From: a virus
Virus record (IMG/VR): IMGVR_UViG_3300025141_000021
Reading direction: 5' to 3' (one strand)
Length of the DNA stretch: 64,000 nucleotides
The notes below the pieces were generated by a model. The model was given only the letters and a program-made list of their open reading frames with translations, had not been told where the DNA came from and made no database searches. This document shows, piece by piece, positions 13,101-19,928 of the stretch. Every line of letters starts with the position of its first letter. The first letter of the stretch is position 1. The position numbers and the translations under genes are program-made.

Positions 13101-16067
13101 TAAGAAATAAGCTCCAGAAAGGTCATCAACCGAGCCGGTTAAGATAAACTCATTTTGTACAACACCCGCTTCAGTGTTAACGCCATAAAATTCAATACTA
13201 TAGTCACTAGTTAGGGCTCCACCAGATGCCGATCTATTCGGAGCCACCTTTTTTGGCCGCAGCGTTACTGCAAAATTCCATTTTGTGTTATCATATGTTC
13301 GCGGGTAAAGGCTTGTTGTTAGGGCGGTAAAGCTAGCAAGGGCTCCGGTTACCGGATTTGATGCGCTTAGCATAAACCGAACATTGTTTGATTCCACATT
13401 TTCCTTTAGTGCATAAACTTGGAAGTTTGCATAATCATGGCCGCCGTCTCGATTTGTATGCCACGTTGTATCGGTAGTATCATCTGGTGTTTTGGCTGCG
13501 CCGGCGATGTGAGCAGGGACATGTAGGCCGAATAAGGAGGCAGTTGTAAATGATACGCCATAATGTCCTGCAGACGTTTTCGATGCCTGTTTTGGAAATA
13601 CTACTTCCGCTTCAACAGTCATTCCCGCATCGTCTTCAACACCGGGAACGTCAAGGCCCCCAGCGCCGGAACCGGAAATATATCCTCTAGAATTTGAGTT
13701 GCTGGTATCTTTTGCCTGGTATACGGTTGCGCCAAAACTTCCAGTATTGTTAAAATCTAGATAAGTTTTTCTCGTTGTAGTTGTCCGATAGTTATCTCTA
13801 AACTCATATGTAATGTGGTCTGCGTAAAGACTAAGCTTAATTAATTCGTCACTTACGCCGAAACATCTTATAAGATTTCGAAATGATTTTTCAGTGCCTT
13901 TAGACTTATAAATGTAATTGAGGTTGTTATATATGTTCTGATAAATCAGATTTTTAATATTATGAAGGTCGTCATCGAATTCTATGTTTTCGTTTCTAGA
14001 CGATAGTTGTTCTAATATACCGGCCTCGACAAAAATCTCTGGTGTTGTCATACCTGCAGATTCTAAAAGCCTATTATTAAACGGTAGAGGTTTTGCACTA
14101 CCAGTGGCTACATATCGATATGTTGTATCTTTTATCTGTGGAAGACTTTCAATTTGAAGATATAGTGTGTCTAAATATGCGGACAATATTTGTACTAAAT
14201 TGTATAATTGATTATGTTCGTCATCCCTATCCTCTTCTATAATCCAGGTTGGAAGAGAATAATACATACTAGCATTATTATTAATATCGTGTATTGATCC
14301 CGAGTTCTTCATCTCGGCAGTAAATGTTTGTATTAATGGGTTTTCGCGACGGACGATTGGATCTTTATATTCTGTGCTGGCACTAGCTTCGTTAATAGCT
14401 GAACCGGTTGCACGTGAACTTGAATTATACCCAGTCCACGCTCCGTTTGATATACGACCAGCATAATCTAATACAACCGAATCGGTTGTGCTGTCTTCTA
14501 CAATACCTTCGTTAAATTTATAATAAACGCCCAAATCTACGTTTGCGTCTATTTCGTTGGTTCCACCGTTTACTTGTGAGAACCAATGGCGACCTATATC
14601 TTTTGAAGTTCTCTTTACTTTCCAATATCTAAATTCATCAAGCGAAGCGGACAATTTTCCATCGCCTTCGTTAATATGCTGCATGACACCGTTGGCGCCA
14701 GAAGGAGCAACTCGCAAAGCACCAATATTTGCTATTAAAGATCCGGTTACTTCTCCGAGCGTTGTACCGGCTGAAATAGTTAATTCCTGATTAAGTGCAC
14801 CAGTAACATAAAATTTCGAAATTATGTTATTACCTGATGCAATAAACGAAAAAGCGTAATGATGCCAGTTATCATCTGCAACAGAAGCAGAATTAATTGT
14901 TGTTCCAATTACTTGATTTGAAAATCCTTTTGATCCAGACTGCAGCGTTACTCTAAACGGAGATTCGTCAACGTTAGTACCACTTAATTCAATTGTAAAG
15001 CGCCCGTAGCCCGAACTAGAGGAAGCCTCTCCGTTCCAAAGATCAAATATAACCTCTTTCTGGGTTGTACCAGTGGCAAAAGCTGCTTTTTTCAACCAAA
15101 ACTCTACAGTAGATCCACCCGCTTCACGTGTTACTGCGCCAACAGATCCTGTTTCTAAACTACTGCTAAATCTTAATCTTAAGTTTGAAGCTCTATTCAG
15201 TTTTGAGTCATATATATTTGCACCAATTCGAGTGCCTGATGGGCCGGCATGTGGTCCACCTTTGACTTGAATATATTCTTTTGTGGTTGGCCGGCCATAG
15301 CCACCCTGGAAGGCGGCGCCGCCTGTGAATGCAGTGGTATCACCGGTTACATTGTTCATATTAGTAACAATTGCTGTATTGCCTGCTGCTCCAGCAGTAT
15401 CCATAGTAAGTAAAACTACCCCCGAGGATGGGTTTGTTGCAGTTATGCCTAAAGTAGCTTCACCATTAACTTCAGAAGCTAATTCAGTTGCAATGCCGGC
15501 GCCACTATTAGCAGCAGGATCCAGAGCTACTGCGCCTGCTGTAGCTACGCCATCATTATGATTGTCAACTTCAAAGGTTATTGAAGTACCATCAGCATCT
15601 ATAAGCGTTATTACTCTTTCTTCATTCGGCTTATCGCTGAATGTAAGGGTTGCAGTAGCTTTGCCGTTGGCAGCTGCGTTGGAGCCCCAGGATTGACTTA
15701 ATTGCGTTGTCCAACCAGTGGGCGAGAACAGAGCATATCCCGTTGTTCTTGGATATCTATGCTCGAATATATATTTGTCTAGATAAGATGAAGAATTATG
15801 CCAGACCAGCTTTTCATATTTTGAACCATCATATGGATATGTAACATAAATTCTTTTGATAGAATCGGCATAATACTGTTCTGCAGAGCCAAATTTTGCA
15901 AAGTTTTCAGGTTTTGAAAAGTCTACAGCCGGTAAAAACCGTTCTCTGTCAATAACTGCGGCTTCAACATATTCGGTTGCTTCAATTTCAGAACCAACCG
16001 AATCGTTGCTTTTCGCACTAGTGCTTTTTTTAACTTCTTGATTATCAAAAAGTTTCTTAATACTCAT
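4107..16067 (-). CDS. Giant baseplate wedge (gp7/P2 gpI-like) protein with four LamG/concanavalin-A-like domains (3986 aa)
   Basis: Motif IYNNLNYIYKSKGTEKSFRNLIRCFG (~13860-13930) is typical of gp7/gpI-type wedge subunits. LamG signatures: VEFWLK..WHHYAF..LDEFRYW; WNFAVTL..ISSIRYW; FDGSNDFV..SISMWV..WQHVVVTY..IYIDG..FAVWSKALS; WTHFLITV..FVIFNKALS. Lies downstream of gp25- and gp6-like genes. Confidence 0.7.
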   Translation of the reverse strand: MSIKKLFDNQEVKKSTSAKSNDSVGSEIEATEYVEAAVIDRERFLPAVDFSKPENFAKFGSAEQYYADSIKRIYVTYPYDGSKYEKLVWHNSSSYLDKYIFEHRYPRTTGYALFSPTGWTTQLSQSWGSNAAANGKATATLTFSDKPNEERVITLIDADGTSITFEVDNHNDGVATAGAVALDPAANSGAGIATELASEVNGEATLGITATNPSSGVVLLTMDTAGAAGNTAIVTNMNNVTGDTTAFTGGAAFQGGYGRPTTKEYIQVKGGPHAGPSGTRIGANIYDSKLNRASNLRLRFSSSLETGSVGAVTREAGGSTVEFWLKKAAFATGTTQKEVIFDLWNGEASSSSGYGRFTIELSGTNVDESPFRVTLQSGSKGFSNQVIGTTINSASVADDNWHHYAFSFIASGNNIISKFYVTGALNQELTISAGTTLGEVTGSLIANIGALRVAPSGANGVMQHINEGDGKLSASLDEFRYWKVKRTSKDIGRHWFSQVNGGTNEIDANVDLGVYYKFNEGIVEDSTTDSVVLDYAGRISNGAWTGYNSSSRATGSAINEASASTEYKDPIVRRENPLIQTFTAEMKNSGSIHDINNNASMYYSLPTWIIEEDRDDEHNQLYNLVQILSAYLDTLYLQIESLPQIKDTTYRYVATGSAKPLPFNNRLLESAGMTTPEIFVEAGILEQLSSRNENIEFDDDLHNIKNLIYQNIYNNLNYIYKSKGTEKSFRNLIRCFGVSDELIKLSLYADHITYEFRDNYRTTTTRKTYLDFNNTGSFGATVYQAKDTSNSNSRGYISGSGAGGLDVPGVEDDAGMTVEAEVVFPKQASKTSAGHYGVSFTTASLFGLHVPAHIAGAAKTPDDTTDTTWHTNRDGGHDYANFQVYALKENVESNNVRFMLSASNPVTGALASFTALTTSLYPRTYDNTKWNFAVTLRPKKVAPNRSASGGALTSDYSIEFYGVNTEAGVVQNEFILTGSVDDLSGAYFLRSNKKIYAGAHRTNFTGTALSNTDTKISSIRYWTTALSGNVIRAHSRDPANFGTDHPYRSAYLLENNIQGSSWGGTYGQVPEMETLALHWNFEQLTGSDSSGKFTAVDYSSGSSTIASERYNWAGAVAKYQHTAEGYGFPESAVAGVLDRDYIDTQRLQLPENLYSNDTISLLDRNDEISTRDSRPVHLSFAFEKSFYQTISEEILNFFASVLDFNNLVGEPINRYRGEYKDLAKLRQLFFERIGNTPDLDKYLTYYQWVDDTLSKMLEQLIPASANFAKNLRNVVESHILERNIYKTKFPTMEGMSSDREIAVDIGSTSFFDWNNFHQPVQEEIAYGSPYGNISAEDVEWVQPLPGPPTVKSKAAGNAGVEYVFGEFQPPPFDPLQAQPMSTGFVRLVSDIAEFGSSVRITPGQENSSMSKQVQNLRRIKRNKTFSIDRRSGKLEAVGTGAETKPEGKGNRRKSRRTEDGVEYSISYNNELAKGIKHKFYSDMSHGPGVIGLSPNKTMMIAQPDRSAPQRRVRGISRKLSGLHAGTNYAINKNRDYVINSVQPHGPTGLGSGESSTIPANIQISFASDVDTGRQSELWIHPNEKRRLAFGSAASRNFPGLDVHNEGLSYESGKGELIVPFSLYSSSVKTGYNRAVVDGFLSGTEITNLHSDTYANQNEIPMQGPFTERYVGGRQHRHIEINTGSDDISNRPEAWLLLFGTIEQKVGGAMSGQSARSGAIAFVSADYPYPDAPKLANGRYDTSQPSFPLIVHRPRAIYTRPEYAKRPVNIRNIQQATSSGPGTALRTKIGNYTRNYEIVQTSGRSINDPFFRDQSFTFATSSEALGTRGRLPAETPDHKSLLFDGSNDFVNIGLGSAWDPVIGGGDTSGNSAVASVAAFSISMWVYPTTIGDTYPYFFAFGNQRRYLQTWGSGWPDTIRFGIRGYGGVSTTDSATNAIVADTWQHVVVTYEGGHAGDMKIYIDGSQSGTGGSAGSTVYDIPDGELCTIGSYYDGDDNWPGNMCDFAVWSKALSANEIKEVYNNGRRHNLKALGFVKNLHAWWKMGDDSGDTYNGAIHDQMGRFHGTSGASAITVKSPPVIGGTTENLSGNLDYELPQRTGSASNKSIIVERFSAPGGYKINSRGYLDPAHEEFSAYNAYPWRNMSVRGSGSGETGSLRVFDHLGKRRGLRTLLSDHSHKFGADATYGSTLWYDYVAYPSFHKVHRNTRRRLEFNGTASYRDEWQDDTNTVTTGTVYDNWFVQRPIPQSDLQYAWITASAEEATLGYATSSSDITFQSASAVTVGTNFSSRCVTFNSGNTANENVDVRIAGADGTWAHALTGAIFLGTAAKWNNLIAGGTGSFTIGGYYYLTENYYLHRYGGNKGRDNAVLWVLGRNYKLMTNSAHDFSIYYREQGSGSYQAEGSNRFPQSMNFAVGDSKWSQFKEGTGLEAGHWTHFLITVNENRGYGSDPAVQAYYKDSAAVSPTMEGTQNFVAHHGTGITMSDHGQGCFIGNLTGSRRAGSAENDAGGEAEYGELNMSGSVSNFVIFNKALSADEVSELYNDGSPFDYTKHSAADNLVAWWPLGDGYDINNPSNRDSTDGSGAGSWDVHPVSGSPGNIFYDMSGNGHHAVPNGALRSDATVSGSGGGIQEGFHGGNLRQVNFSGSMLVAREKFGKIGRADLNQKDIFNDSVGLNTIIYEPISGSAATLGYPLAHGTPGASLTYYENTSSFERQKIRPLSSLAVSHSGTLNMRSPTWRLGQNNKPIIREEDLLNSVLIHRNGPYQYPSWKQIRTGEHPVARWQRRNNVIGVMETPVVIVNRNNVHTKKLRPGVAHYSESVVVSKFKPLIHVITNGGNSFALKHTYANNLVKFDNIDLNNRLGISDCGSKQSLHELVELSNTGRATVNGILYSETIFPRQISAHKARSRGRLTFDVSYWHNERGGGAGLNWTGSQDRSEINIDKRGQANLRTPSRSRIYHTNSMGYTHLTQSIWPLDARINFNTSSHLWGGIVSKTVAATSWRSGSHDTVGNAGGSTRGSSYAGGIESNPAQGRTGKSYFNELSHSQDGAGELQNNYTFYMSSGSHSASLPGHKKFAVGPVYARRVPSGTLANPDVFVGDALWEAGDQAKKYPFWAKDYAEYAEEMRAFTRGQGHPYAIVPEFRISEHMEFYVVEQGGNFMADTENRNTAPKGAKIQSIQLGGPQGMLTLTGSQLSSSLESEFYKVYSHTDFLEHFGDIGEQHKNTHAPSGIALECKALLKFLPYDGFYPALRTMQLATLLSKSYGHQLVTTASRATAPSAGHPRTFYAPFIAPGILYNTIKSGIAVDYPIATKASGALGEEALETIIFSGSMAEYSVGGDGNEARLLKHSGIGTGMIATVGFDQRLPFEAILAPERYLAAPFICDVEPHPSSTLGRLTPIVKLGYGAGKIVDHRPDKNHVGVGNLAPKPLYSMAMHNFLAESMDFFLKDGRATTFVSRPSSDLVEAIGGTTYSMRLYMSRNKDTVMYDRESAFGPPCGTDAPGIANAGPGTQGITYSPFSPPWFHATGSGAEISAGGLGAQGKVQTWTQIDFSPDESKRYSISEILASSSITVQERVVDIKSQTGFWDQRMKLTASINFFEKAKINATQFEALTGRPATVSDDPSTPIEAWVIQSKYETPVLNFANVDQTMGFDPNENSALTASRGMWHQYGQLCTGSEGIWMQLKDVKHGGASGSLVDLVGFPDEPQRIGQIADEKIIREAVVAIPFIEEGRRRNFFTIKRKNLKIALGEEPLPAGETISKSTKDMLEKMQRYVFPPRLDFLTNRRIPPFAMYIFEFEHTLSKQDLADIWQNLPPDIGKDFEDRGTSDQAAEAVVDHPLFEREFFGETGVPCRLQWMVFKVKQKAKKNYFAKTADTRDDSRFKFNFRLGEGADAASQRDVVPNYSFNWPYDYFSLVELIKIDAEISFEPIENPVRTAGRGPAPESGEPLVDEDGTINEREGRRRRRREGLSTLKEKSPSRTADDE

Positions 16068-16069
16068 AA

Positions 16070-17644
16070 TTAATCAACTCTAAACTTAAAAACATCTGGT
16101 TGCTCGACCCAATCGCCTATTGCGCCATTATAATAAGCAAATTTTATCCCATATGCGTAACCAGATTCTAGCATTGCCATATCAAAATCAAAATAGCTCC
16201 CACTAACATCAAAAGATAATTGAGTATGAAGATCGCTTCCTGTCCCATATTGTACAACAACTAGATCGTCGACAACTCTTCTAATACTATACGAGCCGCT
16301 TTCTATGATTGAGCTTTTAACTTCACTCGTAGCTACGTTGTATATGGTTGGGCTCCAGTCCTTTTTGCGTGAAAAGAGTCTAAGCCTTGCAGTTTCTTCT
16401 CTAGTATACGCATCCTTTAAATTTGTAATTGATGTGACATATCTTTGACTTGGATTGGTATTTGAAGAATCCAAAGTAATGGGCGAAATAACTCCTGTGT
16501 GATATTGGGTTGTTCCGCTGGACCATACATCAAAAAGTTTAGTTAGTGGCGTAGCCGCGGCAGTCATTGCTATTGAGGCCGAATAAACTCCAGTTGCAAC
16601 CCAGCCACCAGTTGCCGGTTGGTTGACTACCGGAACATCACCCCCAACAGACATAACCAATGCTGCACCTGAAGGTGGAAATTTGTTTCCGGAGGAGCCA
16701 GAATATAAATTAACATAAATTGGTGAGCCGGCAGCAATACCGGGGATGTCCCTAAATTGACCGCGGATATAATTGTATAAATAAAGAGTATTCAAATTAT
16801 CAGTTGGAGGGGCCAGAGAACTACTGTAATAAAAACTGCTTCGATCATCTTTCTTTGTAGAATCCCAACGAGCTTCGATGAGGGGCCTCTTAAAAAAGAA
16901 CTCTGTTGATTTACCAAAAAACTTCTTTGTATAATACGAGTACTTTGACCCCGCTGCATTATGTGGCACAGAACCAGAAGCTGTTCCCGTCGATGCTGAG
17001 AAATAAGCCTCTTGACTTGATGTAACATAAATTCCAACACCATAATTTGCTTTTGAGCCTAAATTGGCAGTATCCGTTGGCGATATTGCTGTTGAAGCAG
17101 AAAGCCATTGTTCGACAAGCTGAGTTATGTTTAGCTCTAAATCTTCATTTCCTTTGTCAAACGATATTGTAAATGATGAAGACGCATCGGTATAATAATC
17201 CCCCCCAACAGAAGTCCACGCAGTTCCACTCGTATAATTAATCCAATTGGAACCAGTAGCATTGTGTGTTTCATCCGTATACTCGTCCATATCCATTCCA
17301 TGGCCTTCGTCCCACGAACCCGAAGCAATTGCCGACACAACCAATTTTAAATTACGTGGCAAAGTTTCAGCATGTCGTGCGTTGAACATGCGTAAATAAA
17401 AGTTAACACTTCCGCTGCCTGGAATTACGCTATTGCTGCGATCTGTTGTTATATCACTAACTGGAAATTTAATTAAAATTCTAGATAATTCAGTTGAGCC
17501 CGAAGACGCTTGAGCATAAATCGAAAACGTCTCAAGGACATCGGCGCCGCCCATATTTGAGCCAGTTGCCCGAGTCGATAAATCGGTCTTATAAGCATTT
17601 GTGATTGTATTATCTTTTGTTGCGATATAACGTTTAATTGCCAT
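16070..17644 (-). CDS. Virion structural protein, possible DNRLRE/CBM-like beta-sandwich (524 aa)
   Basis: Lies between the gp6-like and gp7-like genes, TAATG-coupled to the gp6-like gene. Ser/Thr/Gly-rich. D.TI..., SRILIKF, YLRMFNA and WDEG motifs recall DNRLRE-type domains. Confidence 0.45.
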   Translation of the reverse strand: MAIKRYIATKDNTITNAYKTDLSTRATGSNMGGADVLETFSIYAQASSGSTELSRILIKFPVSDITTDRSNSVIPGSGSVNFYLRMFNARHAETLPRNLKLVVSAIASGSWDEGHGMDMDEYTDETHNATGSNWINYTSGTAWTSVGGDYYTDASSSFTISFDKGNEDLELNITQLVEQWLSASTAISPTDTANLGSKANYGVGIYVTSSQEAYFSASTGTASGSVPHNAAGSKYSYYTKKFFGKSTEFFFKRPLIEARWDSTKKDDRSSFYYSSSLAPPTDNLNTLYLYNYIRGQFRDIPGIAAGSPIYVNLYSGSSGNKFPPSGAALVMSVGGDVPVVNQPATGGWVATGVYSASIAMTAAATPLTKLFDVWSSGTTQYHTGVISPITLDSSNTNPSQRYVTSITNLKDAYTREETARLRLFSRKKDWSPTIYNVATSEVKSSIIESGSYSIRRVVDDLVVVQYGTGSDLHTQLSFDVSGSYFDFDMAMLESGYAYGIKFAYYNGAIGDWVEQPDVFKFRVD

Positions 17645-19434
17645 TAGTTAACACTACCTTTAATATCGATATCGGGAAATTTAATTTCTAAAACAACATT
17701 TTCGGGAACAGAAATTCCTCTTCCATCTGAAGAAGTTTGTTCATCTAAATTAATTGTAACACTAGAATAATTCGCTCCGCGCTTTTGTACAACCTTGACA
17801 TCAACAGCGTCTGTAACACCAATAGTCTTGTTTAATATGCTATAGATTTTAGATATTGAAAACGGTTCCCCTATATCCATGTGCCTAGATAATTCTATTT
17901 TAAGGTTATTGGCGGCATTGTTTAAAACTGTAAATCTATTGCGCTCAGCATCAACAACAATAACAAAATCAATTCCAATATTTATAATCTTTGCATCAAG
18001 AATATCAATTGTGTCATGAATCATCTTATTTTTGGTAAGCCAAACTTTCAAATTTCTCTTTATTGTGTCGTTTGTCCTTGCTAGGGTACCGCTGGATCCT
18101 TCTGAAACAACATATAAATTTAAATTTCTTTTCAATACAGCATTGTCTCTAAAAATATTGCATCTTTTGATCGATCCAAATTGTGATGGCATGGCATAAG
18201 TCAGGCTCTTGTAATCTTGTTTTGTTACAGCGCGATTTTGAGCCGCGAACGCGCCGGCGGCCCTTAATTTAATTTCTTCAATATTTGGTATACCTGAATC
18301 ACCAGTAATTGTTTCTTCGTTTGTCACCTCTAACGAAGCGGCCGCTTCGATTCTTTTTGATGCCTCTAGCGAGGATGGGTTTTCAAATTCTATTATTGGT
18401 CGGACTATATCTGTAAGAGTGCCTACCGGAGCAGTAACGCTATCTCCCACGTTTGAGCGGTATACGATTGTTAATTCTGTATTTGATGGAGAAACACCAA
18501 GTTTATCAGTTTTAAGCAATTTTACTGGATCAAAGGTTTCATCTGTGATATGTGTCTTCCCATGGATATTGAGTGCGACATTGCTTGGCTCTGCTAGCGC
18601 TTCGGTGACTAATTCTGAATCTGAACCAAACCCAAACTGCAAAAATGCTTTACCTCTTTCTCTTTCAACAATAAACCTTCTTGGGGCAATTGATGGTTTT
18701 AAAAGGGACTTAACGAAAGTTTTATCCGAATTCTTATTAATAATCTCTTTATAAATAACATCTTGCGAAAGATAGTCCACTTCATAATATTCATTTCCTG
18801 CAGCATCAACAACTGAAATTATTTCAGAAATGTTACTCGCTGGGACTTCAAGGCGAAGAAATTTTCGAAATTCCCCAACTTCAACTTGCACTCTGGCCAA
18901 TTGTCCTGATATTATTTGGCCAAAAGCCTTAATTGCATAATGTGTCGGATTGCCTGTGTCTGAATTAGCTTTTGCCACAACAACTTCATTGTTCGCATTA
19001 GCAAAATCTACATTTTCAGCTAGCGTAAAAACATTTCCACCCGTGGTTGCAAGTTCACTACCCTGCAGTAATGTTGGTGCATATATTAATTGTGGACCGC
19101 CAACTGGATCGGCTGGGACGATTATATAAAAAGTGGCTGTTCCATATGACGATGGCGCGCCTTTAAGTCTATAGCCCATTTGTCGAGCTATCCTAATAAC
19201 ATTATTATATTCTACTGCTGTGTCTAAAAATGATTCATTGGCTTGATAATCTACGTAAAATGATAAGATATCTCCAACGTAAGCAACAGTGTCAAGCATT
19301 AAAGAGCCAAAGCCGGCTTCATTAAAATCTCGAAACGTATCGGGATAATATCTTTTTGCATGTCCAACTAAATCTTCTTTAATGGATGCAAAGTCTCTGC
19401 TAGTATACCTAATCGGCACTAATTTTTTGGCCAT
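17644..19434 (-). CDS. Baseplate wedge subunit, T4 gp6 / baseplate J-like (596 aa)
   Basis: N-terminal YTSRDFASIKEDL...F.DFNEAGFGSLMLDTVAYVGDILSFYVD..ANESFLDTA..NVIRIARQMGY and later AQNRAVTKQDY are gp6-family hallmarks. Confidence 0.9.
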   Translation of the reverse strand: MAKKLVPIRYTSRDFASIKEDLVGHAKRYYPDTFRDFNEAGFGSLMLDTVAYVGDILSFYVDYQANESFLDTAVEYNNVIRIARQMGYRLKGAPSSYGTATFYIIVPADPVGGPQLIYAPTLLQGSELATTGGNVFTLAENVDFANANNEVVVAKANSDTGNPTHYAIKAFGQIISGQLARVQVEVGEFRKFLRLEVPASNISEIISVVDAAGNEYYEVDYLSQDVIYKEIINKNSDKTFVKSLLKPSIAPRRFIVERERGKAFLQFGFGSDSELVTEALAEPSNVALNIHGKTHITDETFDPVKLLKTDKLGVSPSNTELTIVYRSNVGDSVTAPVGTLTDIVRPIIEFENPSSLEASKRIEAAASLEVTNEETITGDSGIPNIEEIKLRAAGAFAAQNRAVTKQDYKSLTYAMPSQFGSIKRCNIFRDNAVLKRNLNLYVVSEGSSGTLARTNDTIKRNLKVWLTKNKMIHDTIDILDAKIINIGIDFVIVVDAERNRFTVLNNAANNLKIELSRHMDIGEPFSISKIYSILNKTIGVTDAVDVKVVQKRGANYSSVTINLDEQTSSDGRGISVPENVVLEIKFPDIDIKGSVN

Positions 19435-19457
19435 TTTTTATAAACCTCTTTGTTTTT

Positions 19458-19465
19458 TAATTAGT
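19458..19465 (-). promoter_or_regulatory. Candidate late-promoter motif ACTAATTA upstream of the gp6-like gene
   Basis: Octamer in an AT-rich intergenic gap 23 nt upstream of the ATG, followed by AGAGG. The same or a one-base-variant octamer precedes the genes starting at 33323, 59032 and 61336. Confidence 0.4.
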
Positions 19466-19482
19466 TTGGTAATTGATTAATT

Positions 19483-19890
19483 TTATTCATCAACTTCGCT
19501 TATTGAAACAAAATTCTGCTCAACAACTTCATCGAGGGGTAAAATAGCATATCTTATCGTCATTCCTAGATAATTTTGGTCAACAACAGATGGATCATCA
19601 GCAACTGAGCGAAAGAAAATTTCTTGCACACTAACAAACGGAAGATATTTTTTAGCCTGTTGTTGAACCGATTCTATAATTTTGCCGCGAGTAATACTGG
19701 TATCAAGCTCAAATAAAAAACCATGAAGGCCAACCCCGAATGTCGGATCCATAATTCGTTCACCAGGATTTGTTAAAATTAAATTCTTCATATTTTGTTT
19801 AACAAGTTCGCGATATGTTTTATTAAGCCCATATGCGCCATCTGTTGGCGTAATCTGTAGTGGTAATTTTGGCGAAAGTCCTGTAGCCAT
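19483..19890 (-). CDS. Baseplate wedge/sheath initiator, T4 gp25-like (135 aa)
   Basis: VKQNMKNLILTNPGERIMDPTFGVGL..FLFE is the gp25 family motif. AGGAGG SD at 19898-19903, 7 nt from the ATG. Confidence 0.92.
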   Translation of the reverse strand: MATGLSPKLPLQITPTDGAYGLNKTYRELVKQNMKNLILTNPGERIMDPTFGVGLHGFLFELDTSITRGKIIESVQQQAKKYLPFVSVQEIFFRSVADDPSVVDQNYLGMTIRYAILPLDEVVEQNFVSISEVDE

Positions 19891-19928
19891 TTAATACCCT
19901 CCTGTAATATATATTAAGCACATGAAGA

